64,000 nucleotides of DNA from Spongospora subterranea f. sp. subterranea (Eukaryota): contig JAUGWO010000069.1 in assembly GCA_049724395.1 (NCBI GenBank), forward strand, positions 372,001-436,000, read 5' to 3'. The translations under genes and the position numbers were made by a program. Below the pieces are notes generated by a model. It saw only the letters and a program-made list of their open reading frames with translations. It was not told where the DNA came from and ran no database searches. Each line of letters opens with the position of its first letter. Positions within the stretch are counted from its first letter, which is position 1. Below, piece by piece: positions 27,595 to 40,400 of this stretch.

Positions 27595-29000
27595 GTGGTG
27601 CTCGACAAAACTCGACTTGTCCCCATCTACAGAGCAACGAGCGAGCTCACCGGCACCAGAATACTGGAAGAACGCACCCTTCAGGCATTTCATGCCCATT
27701 ACCGTGGGCTTCAATATTTTATCAACTTGATTGGGGACTGGGAGTCACTGATAAATCATCAAGAAAATTCTCCGTTTTTCTGTCCCAGTCTGAACCGGGC
27801 CAGCGTATTCCTGTATATTGACTACAAGGTGTTTGACATGGGTACGCCGCTAAAAAACCGGCAAGGCAACCAAGTCATGGACGATGTGGCAGCGGCCAAT
27901 TACTTGTAATGGAGGATCAACGATCCCAGCAAACTAATACAGCTTGGGCAGCAACATCGGCGCTGCACAATGCCAACGAAATGTCCATGCAGCCTTATTC
28001 GGACCCGTGCAAGCGTTGCATTTCTAAGTTCAACAGACACAGGATGCCACAGGCTGTCGTTTCCACGTGGGCCATCCGCAGTGGAATCGTCCGCTTTGCG
28101 ACGGAATGGGTCGACCGAGTAAAATGGGTTGGGAAGTACCTCCTCAGGCATTGTAGATTACTAAAAAGCAATGATTTCCTCCGTAAACCTTTATCTGGAA
28201 TCTTATACTGACAAAAATGACGCGTTTGGCGAGCTAAACCGGATATGTTCCGCAAGGCGATTTAATGTCATCCCGACGACTTCATCGGATTCGCCAATAC
28301 TTGGTGAGTGGCGATGAGTGTCGCAATTGGAAATGATGGACAAAGATGCTGTTCTGTATCCGGCTCTTCTGCGTGCTGATGAGGCCCTGACGTTCATTGA
28401 TCTTCATATTGTCCTCGCGCTCACGACGTTGACTCACAGCGGCGTAGCGACTTATTAGCTGCCACAATTCGCGGAAAATTGCTCATATGTGATTTTATCG
28501 ATCCATCGTGAAAATTCAGTCCCAGAGCTCTGTCTGGCTCGCCAGCTTTTGACGTGGGCACAAATTTTCAAAAAAGTGTCTTGCGATTTTCCCGCAACCA
28601 AAATATGCCCATGGAAGTTGACGCACTCATGAGTGCGTCAACGTTCCTGACGCAATGCAAGCGTATTGCCAGCATGTAACTGGCCGAGATGGGCAATTTG
28701 GCACACATTTCATGTGGAAGACAGGATGGTTGCTTGGAACGTGGGCAGGCGCTTCTGACATCGATCTTAGCAAAGCAACTCGACACAGAAATCTGCAATT
28801 AGCTGGAGGGTACACAGCCGATGCGATAGCACTTTTGGAGATCGCGAAGAATCGACGGTAAACATTTTGGCAACTCATTGTCACTCAACTTCTTTAACCC
28901 ATGACCCTGCCAAAGACGGTTGAATGGCTCCAAACTGGAAACCCGTTTGAATATCGAACATTCAGGCTGCCATGAGTATCAATACTGACGGATTTTCAGA
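27595..29000 (+). pseudogene. Decayed Crypton-like tyrosine recombinase (DNA transposon relic)
   Basis: Broken frames give YRGLQYFINLIGDWESL..FCPSL, MLFCIRLF/LRADE (first catalytic Arg), IRGK, PELCLARQLLTW, FGTHFMWKTG (HxxR with R>W), KATRH and AGGY (Tyr nucleophile position); multiple stops and frameshifts. Confidence 0.6.
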
Positions 29001-29808
29001 GAGTTAATGCTGGAAAATATATTGATCATTGGGGCAGTATTGGACCTTGGGCCGTTCATCACAGATACGATTTGCAGGGTGTCGCTGCTGCAATCCTGCC
29101 GCGCAAGATTGGCACCAGGAGATTAAAGATATTCAAGATAAAGCCCAAGCACTGACTCGTTGTCGTCATGGGCTACTTTCGCGACCTGTCAGAATTGTAC
29201 AGCCGCCAGTGTACTCAGATGTGGTTGGAACCTCATCATTCCATAGGTGTTCACCCAGACCACTGTAATTCTGAATTGAGTTCCCAGAGCCGGACGTTAT
29301 TAACGACACCGTTGTATCACCGCCGCTATATGCAGGCCATCGAATAGAAGGGGATTTCGATGTCGTCGAACTTCGCAATGGATTGAAAACCCAGCAAGGT
29401 GTGGCAAAATTGGAGAAAAGTAATGTTTTTCTACGAAGCTCCTTGTCTTGACGAGATCTATCCATTGCTCGAACATATTTTCAGGTAGAATTTTTTTTGT
29501 AGGCGCCGTTGTACTATCAAAGGATAAGATGAATCGCCAAAACCAGATACACATGATAAGTTAAATGCAAGTTTCGTCTAGAGATCCCCTTTGGCATTCG
29601 GCACTTCATGCTTGAACAGCAACCCCCGATATCATCGATGCATTTCTAAAGCGATTTGTGATCGGGGCGTCGCCTGGATAGCAACACCCTGTTCGTCAAT
29701 TTGATCTGATGCGAATCGCCATGCCGCTCCAGCCTCGAAAACCGTGCCGGGCGGCAATATTGTCACATGAACGGGTTAAGTAGCACAGATGAAAAGTGTT
29801 CCCGGTGC

Positions 29809-30439
29809 GTAACAGTAAACAGGGTGTGTAAATAACAGTAAACAGGGTGTGTAACAGTAAACAGGATGTGTAACAGTAAACAGGGTGTGTAACAGTAAAC
29901 AGGGTGTGTAACAGTAAACAGGGTGTGTAACAGTAAACAGGGTGTGTAACAGTAAACAGGATGTGTAACAGTAAACAGGGTGTGTAACAGTAAACAGGGT
30001 GTGTAACAGTAAACAGGGTGTGTAACAGTAAACAGGATGTGTAACAGTAAACAGGGTGTGTAACAGTAAACAGGGTGTGTAACAGTAAACAGGATGTGAA
30101 ACAGTAAACAGGGTGTGTAACAGTAAACAGGGTGTGTAACAGTAAACAGGATGTGTAACAGTAAACAGGGTGTGTAACAGTAAACAGGGTGTGTAACAGT
30201 AAACAGGATGTGAAACAGTAAACAGGGTGTGTAACAGTAAACAGGGTGTGTAACAGTAAACAGGGTGTGAAACAGTAAACAGGGTGTGTAACAGTAAACA
30301 GGGTGTGTAACAGTAAACAGGGTGTGTAACAGTAAACAGGGTGTGTAACAGTAAACAGGGTGTGTAACAGTAAACAGGGTGTGTACATAACAGTAAACAG
30401 TGTGTGTGTGTTGTAAAGGATGTGTAACAGTAAACAGGG
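29809..30439. repeat. Minisatellite, 19-bp unit GTAACAGTAAACAGGGTGT, ~33 copies
   Basis: Read directly from the sequence; variants AGGATGT and GTGAAAC recur roughly every third unit; no spacers. Confidence 0.97.
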
Positions 30440-30607
30440 CAGATTTTTTGAAGCGACGTGACGTTTCCGGTCGATGATTGCCAGTAAGTCCCGTTCAATT
30501 TGCAACTACTTTGAAGGGCGTCCGAATGTGCATTGTGGCCGTAGTGGTCTGGACCGCTCTCGCTGCTACCACATTGACGATTGAGTTATCGGGTCAGATC
30601 CGGTTGA

Positions 30608-31100
30608 TGATGTTCATGTTAATCACGTTCGTCTGTGTTATTCCTGCTGGTGCTTACACATGCTTCCCGGCGCCTGTGGAAGCGCCGATCCTCAGTTGTG
30701 GGACATTTGTCGACGCCGTGCTGGAAAATTCTCGCGACGAGAACCAGCTGGCTTACTTCCCATCCCAACCTATTTATTTATCTGCCGGCAACTCGTCCTC
30801 TGTGATTTCATTCCAAAGCGGGAACTTCTTACGGTGGATCGGTACGTTTCTGCCTGGAAACCATCCGCCAGGGTATCTCCTATACATCTGGTCGCAGTCA
30901 GGAACTTGAATTTTTGATTCAAATGGATAATGCAATCATCTCCGGGTTCGGTTCTGTTGAGAACTCTCCATGTGAATTTGGAGGCGGCGATTCAGGTTTC
31001 TCCGACATATTTCAAGGATGCTGTTGTGAATTTCGTGCCGGGTTCCACGATGATTTCTCGTTGGGCATGCGAGGCGTCTGGCTGAATGGTTTTGGATCGA
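30608..31100 (+). CDS. Possible secreted protein (signal-peptide-like N-terminus), interrupted or pseudogenic
   Basis: MMFMLITFVCVIPAGA/YTC hydrophobic leader; the ORF stops at 30909 but a Cys/Gly-rich continuation follows in another frame. Confidence 0.3.
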
Positions 31101-31222
31101 GAGCGCAGCGCGGGTGGTGGAGCATAGTCATCGGATGTCAGGCCGTCCGGTGTAGCCAAGATCTACAAGTTTCAAGACGCGTCGAATGTCTGTGCACCAT
31201 GTCTAGATGTGGGTGCACAATC

Positions 31223-31458
31223 GCGAAACAAGAATATCGAGTATCACTTTATTGCTTTGTTTGAACTCAGATCTGGCACTCCTCCATTCGCGTTGTAATT
31301 TGTGTTTGTATTTCTGGAACTCCTCCTTTTGGGTCTGCTTTACACATAATAAAGCCCATTGCAAGACTGAGATAACAAAAAGGAAAAAGTATACTAGATC
31401 GCTTCCAAAACAAGTCACGATGCAAAAGGAGGAGTTCCAGATATACAAACACATATTA
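31223..31458. repeat. Rearranged third copy of the F-box-like sequence forming a 36-bp-stem hairpin
   Basis: 31223-31331 matches 31647-31756 in the same orientation, and 31349-31453 matches ~32649-32755; stem 31296-31331/31423-31458 with 2 mismatches. Confidence 0.85.
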
Positions 31459-31459
31459 T

Positions 31460-33012
31460 AACCCGAAGTAAATTACAGACATCAATTCCACTGCATATTC
31501 ACAGGTGTATAGAGTCTGTCGCTGCACTCATTCCATCTTCACCGCTATTCTGCAGCCCTTGTCATACTGGTTAACGCAATTACGAGCGTTTTCATCCGTT
31601 CCTTCAAAAACTCACGAAGAAATAGAGTTGTCTGGATTGAACTTGTGCGAAACAAGAATATCGAGTATTACTTTATTGTTTTGTTATGACCTCAGATCTG
31701 GCACTCCTCCCTTCGCGTCGTAATTTGTTTTTGTAGATCTGGAACTCCTCCTTTTGCGACGTGACTTGTTTCGGGAGCGATCTAGTATACCTTCGCCATT
31801 TCTCCATCTCATTATTGTGTTGGGCTTTATCAAGTGCAATGCAGACACCTATCAATGGGTATGGACGACTGCAATCTCGCCAATCGTTGGCGAAATCGGT
31901 CACAACTTCGAGGAGATCGTCTGGTAAGTTGCCAATCATGACACGAATCAATGATAAGACCAATCAGATATGAATTCTGCCTTTGACTCTTTATTCAAAT
32001 AATGGCCGACCCTGACACTTGTGATTATCGGTCAACTTGAGACCTGGGATAAACCCTTGGCCGAGCCACCATTCATTTGAGAGATTGACAGCCGCCTATT
32101 CAACCGTCATTGTTAACAGGTATTGACAGTTCCGTAATTGTGTCGTTTCTCCATTTAAGTCCAACACTTCATAAAGCACATCATGTACAAATATCGACAT
32201 CAACAAAATCGCAAAACTTGGAACAACCACAGACAAACGCACATGTAGCTGTCCAGTTTAGGACCGTGCCATTGCTGAAATTCACGCTTTGCATCTGTGA
32301 CTTCTTTCAAATCTGATGATCCGTCCGTTCCGCGCTGATAAATGTGAAAAATTGACCCATACATTCGCGCTGGGTTGAATAGGCGACTTTCACGTTCTCA
32401 CATGAATGGCGGCTCGGCCAAGGGTTCATCCTTGGTCTCAAGTCGACCGATATTCTCAAGTGTCAGGGTCGGCCATTATTCGAGTAAACAGTCAAAGGCA
32501 GAATTCATATCTAATTGGTCATTATCATTAATTCGAGTCATGATTGACAACTTACCAGACGATCTCCTCGAAATTGTGACCGATTTCGCCAACGATTGGC
32601 GAGATTGCAGTCGTCCATACCCATTGATAGGTGTCTGCATTGCACTTGATAAAGCCCAACACAAGAATGAGATGGAGAAATGGCGAAGGTATACTAGATC
32701 GCTCCCGAAACAAGTCACGACGCAAAAGGAGGAGTTCCAGATCTACGAAACAAATTACGACGCGAAGGGAGGAGTGCCAGATCTGAGGTCATAACAAAAC
32801 AATAAATTGATATTCGATATTCTTGTTTCGCACAAGTTCAATCCAGACAACTCTATTTCATCGTGAGTTTTTCAAGGGACGGGTGAACACGCTCCTAATT
32901 GCGTTAACCAGTACGACAAGGGCTGCAGAATAGCGGTGATGAAAGTGCAGCGACAGACTCTATACACCTGTGAATATGTAGTGGAATTGATGTCTGTAAT
33001 TTACTTCAGGTT
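31460..33012. repeat. Large inverted repeat: arms 31460-32105 and 32373-33012, ~267-bp spacer
   Basis: The arms are reverse complements end to end (AACCCGAAGTAAATTACAGAC vs GTCTGTAATTTACTTCAGGTT; GCCTATTCAACC vs GGTTGAATAGGC), with scattered substitutions and indels. Confidence 0.95.
32540..33012 (+). pseudogene. F-box-like protein pseudogene (right arm; mirror copy on the minus strand in the left arm)
   Basis: MIDNLPDDLLEIVTDF resembles an F-box start (L..LP.EIL..I..F); both copies are frameshifted downstream. Confidence 0.4.
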
Positions 33013-33419
33013 TGGCGGTGGTGTTCATTCGATATATTGTAATGCGATTTCCGAAGTGTATTGATCTCACCTATCATGTTCCAAATGATCGCAAAAGTCG
33101 ATAGCTGGAGTGCTCATATGTCAATCAATAATTCCAAATCAAAATTTGTAATTCAAAGAAATGCAATTGCAATCGATTTATTCAGCTGTAATTTGTAATT
33201 CGATCTCACTGAAGTTGAGAAAACGATATAAGATACTCCATTGCGTTGAAGAGTTATTAATAAGGTTTGTTGGCTCTGTAACCGCCAGGAAGCCCGTGAT
33301 CACCTCTTCGTTCACTCCCAGTTATGGATTGTAGACACTTGAGTGTATCTATAATGACCGAGCGGGGTAACCTGCTTGACCAAGGCAAGGATAGCGCCAT
33401 CGCCATCGTCACTTATAAA

Positions 33420-33966
33420 ATGCTGGGATGCATGCGGACGATTTCCAGAGGGTTCAGGAGTGCGACAGCACTTCGTGCCGCTGCCGACGACACTAAATCC
33501 GCGACACCCAAGCTGCGGCTGAATTTCAACGTACCACATCAGGCGATTGTCAAGAACGAGGAGGTGCACCAAGTTACCATTCCGGGGACAGAAGGGGAGT
33601 TCGGTGTTCTTGCTGGGCACGTCCCGATCGTAGCTGAACTACAACCCGGAGTTGTCACGGTATAATTATTCCTCTGACGAAGCCCCTAGTGATTGACTGC
33701 GGTTGATTTAGGTCGATTACGGAAAAGGAGACAAACCCAGTAAATACTTTGTATCGGGCGGGTTTGCGTTTGTGCATCAGAACTCCACAACTGATATCTC
33801 GGCTGTTGAGGCAATACCGTTAGACGAGTTTGACCCTAGTGCGATTCAGGATAATCTCCAGGCCGCCCAGGCACAATTAGCAGCGGCTACCGACCCAAAA
33901 GAGAAAGCGATTGCTCAAATAATGATTGACGTTAACAAAAAGTTGCAAGCCTGTGTGTCAGCATGA
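33420..33966 (+). CDS. ATP5F1D: Mitochondrial F1 ATP synthase subunit delta
   Basis: Presequence, [55 protein letters not shown]; one intron. Confidence 0.95.
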
Positions 33967-34022
33967 CAATATCATATAGCACAGATAATACATATTCGCC
34001 ATCCAAACTTTGACTGTGTTTC

Positions 34023-36658
34023 TTAGCTGTTTATTTTTTTGATTGCCCATTTTCGATGCATGTTTTGATGAAAAGCGAAGGATTTTGCCCAGGTCTTCTC
34101 CAGCTCTAGATAAGACACCCGAACCACCTTCCACCCAGCGTTTTCAAGTAGGCGGGTCTTCAACAAACTTGCTCCAGTCAGCCGGGTTCCAATAAAATGG
34201 GTTGGACCGTCCACTTCGATCGCGATTCGTTTATTTCCATCCGAACACTCATCGCAGACAATATCGATAAGATATCCTGTCGCTGGGCATTGCACCTCTA
34301 CAAGACAATTCCTATCACCGACAACTTTCCTGACGACAGAGGTGACATCTTGTTGGAATAACTGCTCCTTCGCGCTTACTAATGGACATGGCACTTTCGT
34401 CATAGACTCTCGCTGAAATGAAGCTCTTTAGTCCAAGAAACAATGAACCAACGAACTGAACCAACCGATTTGAGAAGCAAATCTGGGAGTTGATCTTGAT
34501 TTATAGACGACAACAAGTTCGGAAAGCGTATTTCTGTCCACAAACTGCTCAGCCAGATTTGAGACAATAGAAAATCTAATCGATCACTTGGATACATATC
34601 CAAATCTGAGATCATATTTAACATATTTTGCCAGAGAGAGCGCATTGTCTCTGGGGGAATATCGTCGCTATCCAATACAGCCAGCGACCATAACATAATT
34701 GACGTCATTTGAGCGCAACTCGAAGAACTAGACAAATCCACAGCTCGGTTGGCCATCGATGGGGCTAACCTAACCAGGTCAGGAATGGAGCCAAAAGCTC
34801 CTGCCCAAACCAGATTTGACAGAACTTTGGGCTCCATTTGGGGGATATGCGATTCTAGACTCGCGATGATCAACGAAAATAGTGGCAAATGGTCATGCCC
34901 GGAGCTAATAAAGGCCCAAACCGTAACAACCCTCTCCTCGGAAGACATTTCGGGGATCAGATACATCAATGGATCGATCGTCGCACCAGCAAACTGCTGA
35001 TCAAGTTCATTGCATGCGCTCAGTGACGATAGCATGGCGGTGATTTCGCCTGGCCGAAAATCGGCAATACGAAGCAACGCAATTTTTTTGAAAATAGCGA
35101 TGGAAGCAGGGTTTCTGAGTGACGAAATCTTGGAAAACGCATGCAGGCAGTTAACGATTCCTTCAGATGTGAATGTTCCAGCAATGGCTACAGCACGATC
35201 GTGAACAACGGAAAGATCGCCCTCCCTGGGGGGGCGCGTTGCACGCGCAACCGACCAAAGCACATTAGATACCTGCAGAAACCCCACATAAAAAACAGTG
35301 CTGCGAATCGATCATCTTAGTTCCTACATGATGTTCGTTCAAAGTGTCTGCAATCTGTGCCGCCCTGGTAGTAAGACTTTCAAGCAACGCCGGAGAACAT
35401 TGTTCGCCTAAAGCCGATTGACATGCACGAGATATCATTGAGACATCTTGCGAGTTCATAATCGGGCATAAAATCAAGGCGCGATTGCAAATCGAAATAA
35501 ATAATTCAGTGGTATTGGGACCTTGGAGAGAGTAGAACGCATTGGCCAATAAGGAGAGCTCCCGAGCTGAACTCGACGGGACAAATCGCGAGATATATTG
35601 GGCAATCGAGTTCAGAACTGAGCACCCTTCATCATCATGATATAAAATCTTGAGCAATGGCGGAATTGAAACGGACAGCATTGCGGGAGTGAACGACTCT
35701 TGATGATACTTAACACGACTCGCAAATCGGCGCGCTTGGTACACAGTAAGGTTTGGTGCCGTGGCTAGAATCATCGCGACATCAATGGCATTAAGCCGAT
35801 CCATTATCGAATCTGATCGTCGGATCAGCAACTTCATAACCCTCGTGTCTTGAGTATAGCCCGCTGAGTGTAGTACGCGAATCAGATTCGGCAACGCCGG
35901 TGGATTGGCATGAGACCCAACTCTCGATATCAGAGCGACAAATTTGTCCATGATCTTATCGGGCAGTTTATGGGCAGGTATTCCACATAATATTGCTGAT
36001 ATAGAGTCGGCCTCCAGACGCAATTCTCGAGCGGTTAATCGCTGCAGTAGGAGGCGAAGCACATCTTCATCATTGGGAGAGGAAGAAACCGCAATCGCGA
36101 TTGATATCAGGTAGGAAACTGAGAGTTCGGGAACAAGTTGTCGCGCACGGTTCATTAAATCAGTCCAACCATCTCGATATGCACCTGCTTTCGACAGCGC
36201 CTTAACACAGGCGCTCAATTCACGCTGATCAAACCGATGCGCCATCTCGGCAACTCTGTTCAGGGCAGATAGTAGAATCTCATGGCACTCGGGAGAATCC
36301 AGTGAGACGATAATGCGCTTATCGTAGTTGCTAAATCGGTTCGTGAGAGGTTATTGTCGCTAAGGGAACACGTCCGAAATCTTTCTGCCAACGCGATTCG
36401 TAGCTGCACGTTCGGAGGGATATTGGAGTCGATTCGTGATAAGTGGAGAAGAACGTTGGCGACGGCTTTTGGGCGAAAATGGTGTAGCCGATCGGAGATC
36501 TGGCAGAGCAGGTCCCCGATGCTAGCATCCGAGGATTTATCTTGAATCGCTTTCCGCAGTAAGAATGACAGCTGATTATCGCTGACAGATCGAGGGCGCA
36601 GGCCATTGGCGAAATAGCGTCGAAATCGCCCGAAGTAACGGAACTTGGCTAAATCCAT
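34023..36658 (-). CDS. RAP-domain helical-repeat RNA-binding protein (FASTK-like), multi-exon
   Basis: Repeated 'xxLSNLVWA/LSLLANAF' helical units and a C-terminal RAP domain IDIV..IAIEVDGPTHF..LKTRLLENAGWKVVRVSY. Confidence 0.85.
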
Positions 36659-37490
36659 CGCTGGTTACGACATTGATAGGGACAGATTTTCCAGTCGAAG
36701 ATTATTCACGGCCTTCAGGGACGTGTACCCCGCAAAATTTACAACGAAAAAAGGCACATCGGTTTGGCGATCATATCGACTCAATTTGAATCGCTTACGT
36801 AAAGCCTCAGTGGATAAACGACGACCCCATGGGATCATCACTTTGACCCGTCAGCGGAGCATTTAAACTTTTGTTTTGCCGCAAATCAGGTGGAATTTTT
36901 GATGTTGCTGTTTCAGGCAAATACCAACCGGTAAAGTGACCCAATGAGTTCATTAAGTATGATCCCAGATTACACCGTGCCCACGAAACAGTGCCCTTGT
37001 GCTTTTCCCTTTACGATGAAGCATGCCTGCAAACCTCGTATCGACATAAAAAAACCTCCTTCCATTCGAGCGTTGAGTTCAGAACCAACGAAGAACGATT
37101 TTCGCATGAACCGAGTTTTGTGAACAGATTTGGTTGCCCCAACAAACGCCGAACCGCAGAGAGCGACCTATTCAAACTGGAACAGAAGGAGTCCCATCCT
37201 CGTTCGAAGGTCGACTTCCGCTCTCTGTCGCCATTGGCTCAATTCTCTCCACTCCTGGCCGCCGAGTTGAACGCCCCCCACCACATATTTCGCCACTGAC
37301 ATGCAATCGCGCTTCGTTCTCTTCATTAAAGCGATCGTTATAGGAGTAGTGTGTAATAGAGGCCTCAGTCACCATAGAAAGAGCCCATTTGATCATTTCA
37401 GCGACTTTCAGGTGTATATGTTACACCACGCACCTTTTCCTCTAGATCGGTATCGTTGATTCATTCTAATACCGATCGGAATCTTGTTCA

Positions 37491-40400
37491 ATGAGCAACT
37501 TCTTCGACAACCTGCTGAAGGCTTCGCAATCCCAGCAAGCCGCGGCGGTGACGCCCCCAGGGCTGCCACCCAAGGTTGATGGGGCGTTGGCCGGGCAGAC
37601 GCTGTTGAATATGCTGCAGCAGAAAAGCATGGGTGCGTCTGCGCCGGCGCCCCATCATGAAGAATCGGAAGCCGATCGACATCTGAAAACGATGCTGTAT
37701 AATTCAAATATGCCAAAGTTAAACGTGAAGTCGTCAGGGAAACCACCTTTATCCATTCATCTTCACGATGCCCTTGAAGGCGTCAATCGCGATAGTTCTC
37801 CTTTCAAGACTCAGTAATATTACAATTTTTTGTTCTACAGCATATTCGTTCCTCGTCTAATCTTTGTTTAGGCCTGGTACAGTTCTTTGTGGAGCATATG
37901 TATCCTATGAATTTGACAATTCGACGCTTACTGGAGTTCCGTCTTCCACAACGCAGATTTGCAAAATTAAAAATTCATGCAGTCCAGAACAGATACGTCG
38001 GATCGTTGCTACCCACTCCGAGAACCAATATTTAATTTATGCCATTCAACGTAAGGGCTGGATATTATATGCAGTGTTCGTATTCTCAATATTCTCAAGC
38101 CCCCGCTCATCAGCCAAATCAAGGTGGAAAGATTCGGGTCTTGGATCAAGCAACAGGAGCTAGAGCATTATTAACGGGTCACTCTGGGTTAGTCCATGAT
38201 GTGCTGCTATGCCCGTGGAATCCATCTCTGGTGGTGAGTTTGGCTAATGACGGTATTGCCATTCTCTGGAGCATTGACGAAGACACCTCTAAAAAGTCGC
38301 CCGAGTACTGTACCAATCATCAACGAACTCCAGTAATTTTGAACGTCGATGCTTTAGGAATGACGGTGCAACCCCCGAAATGTTATGGAAACAAATCTGC
38401 TCTATCAAATCTGGCAGAGAAGTTTTTAAAGCTGTTGCGTGGCATCCCAGTCTTCCAATACTGGGGATTGCACGAGGTCCAAGGTCTTTTTGTGGCAATT
38501 ATCTGTTCCGCTGTTTTGAAATGCTTTGTATACAGTATTGAAATCTGGGACCTTGGCGATGTTATTGCCCCCGATGATGGCGATGATGACGAAGAGGAAC
38601 TTTCTCCGACAATACCCCCCATGTTTACCAATACCCCAGCCGACCCAAGGTTAATTTGTCTTCAGGGTAAATTCGCCCCCGTTTTTTTTTCATTAGTGTT
38701 TATTCTACTGTTTATTCCCGCATATAGGGCACCGTGAAGCCGTCAACACTTTGTGCTTTTCGCCAGATGGCAATAGCATTTGCAGTGGTGGTGACGACGG
38801 TGCAGTATGTGTATGGAGTTGGAACCGGGAAGAGGATAAATTATCGCGCATGTTCTCACCTGACGACGGCAGGCCTATTAACGTCGTACACTGGTGATGC
38901 GCGCGTGTTGTTCTTTTTTATGCACTTAAAATTAGGTTTAGGCCTCGGGCGTCTAAGTTTTCAATACCATCTAGTGACCGGCTTATATTTGTTCAATGCG
39001 ATTCACATAGAAACGTTCAAATTTGGGATGTTATGGGTGACACGCCTTGTTCTCGGCTTGATCTTCCTCCTGGGAAAAACAAGATTACACTCCAGAATAT
39101 GGCGGTTGATAGCACTGCATCGTACATAATTGTTCCTTTCAATGGCGATGAACTTTTTGGGTAAAATCGCAGCCTACTACCAATGTTTAAGTAATGCTTT
39201 CCCTCAGCTTTTTTGTCATCCATGTCCTTCGTCGTCCGTCGCCATCGTCAAGCAACCTGACGACAGGCTCCGCCAATGGCTCCGATGATGAAAACGTGGG
39301 ACTTCCAGAATTGGATCCAATAGGATGCCGCTTTGACTACGTCCTTCCGTATACGGTGCCACATTTAATCCTGAGTATTGACGCCGTTGGGTCTGACGAA
39401 TCAGCAAGTTCGATCCGAATATTTACCGTACAAAGACACGCTGTCCAAGTTATCGAACTAAACGAACTACAGTGCCCAGCTTCCATTAGTGGCCGTCCAG
39501 AATCATCCCGCTCTCCTGACGCAGCCCAGTCGTTATCGTCAACCCCGGCTTCTTTATCCAATGAAGACCGCAATAGAAGCTCTGTTTCTTTCTCCCGTGA
39601 ACCCCCGCCTCCTGTATCGACTATGTCGCCAATGGGCGAATCCGTTCGTCCTGCTTTTCCAATGATCAAGCATGTTGTCAAGCGCCAATCAGCAATACAA
39701 CCGGTTGCCGCTTCACCTACAACTCCGTCTTCTATTCTTCATAGATCGCAGTCTGGTTCTGCGCTTTCCACGCGTTAGGAAAAGGTTTATCATCTACCGA
39801 CATATCCCTAATTTTTTTTCAGGAGTATCTAACGAAACCCCCAAGCCTCGATATCCCTCGACATCACGAGCTTCGTCGCCTGCTAACAGATACCAAGGTT
39901 CTGAAGTTGATCTAAACCAGGTGCTGTTGAACCATTTCGATGGCCTTCGATCTGAATTGGCGGCAGAGCGGAAAGCTCGAGATAAAGAAGAAATTCGGCG
40001 AACGAAACAGCTTTTAGAATCCGTCTCTAAAACGATTAACGTTGTAATCCCCGAACGAGTGGATCAGGTTTGTCAATATAATTCTGTCCCCGAACTTGTC
40101 CAAACCAATTACCTTTAAGGCTATTGCTCGTGTTGTTAATGCTGCTGTTGACAGCAGAAGATACTACCAATGCTTGAAAATGCTGTTTCGAATGTCATTC
40201 AGCATCATATTCGCGTCAGTCGCTAGTTGTTGACTATTGTTTTGTATTCAAAAATCTCAACGAATTTTTACTTAGGATTTACCTAATGTCTTGAGGCAGC
40301 CGCTTATGGACTCATTCAGAGAAAGCTTTGAAGACCAACTGTTACCGGCATTCCGTGCTAGTTTCGGAACAATGTTTCAGCAGATAAACGGTACTTTAGA

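Noticed and set aside
29696..30505. 240-269-aa ORFs (HPVYCYTPCLLLHTLFTVT repeats) and a possible CRISPR or telomere reading of the array
   Set aside because: The ORFs arise because the 19-bp unit lacks minus-strand stops. There are no unique spacers or cas genes, and the array is interstitial with genes on both sides.
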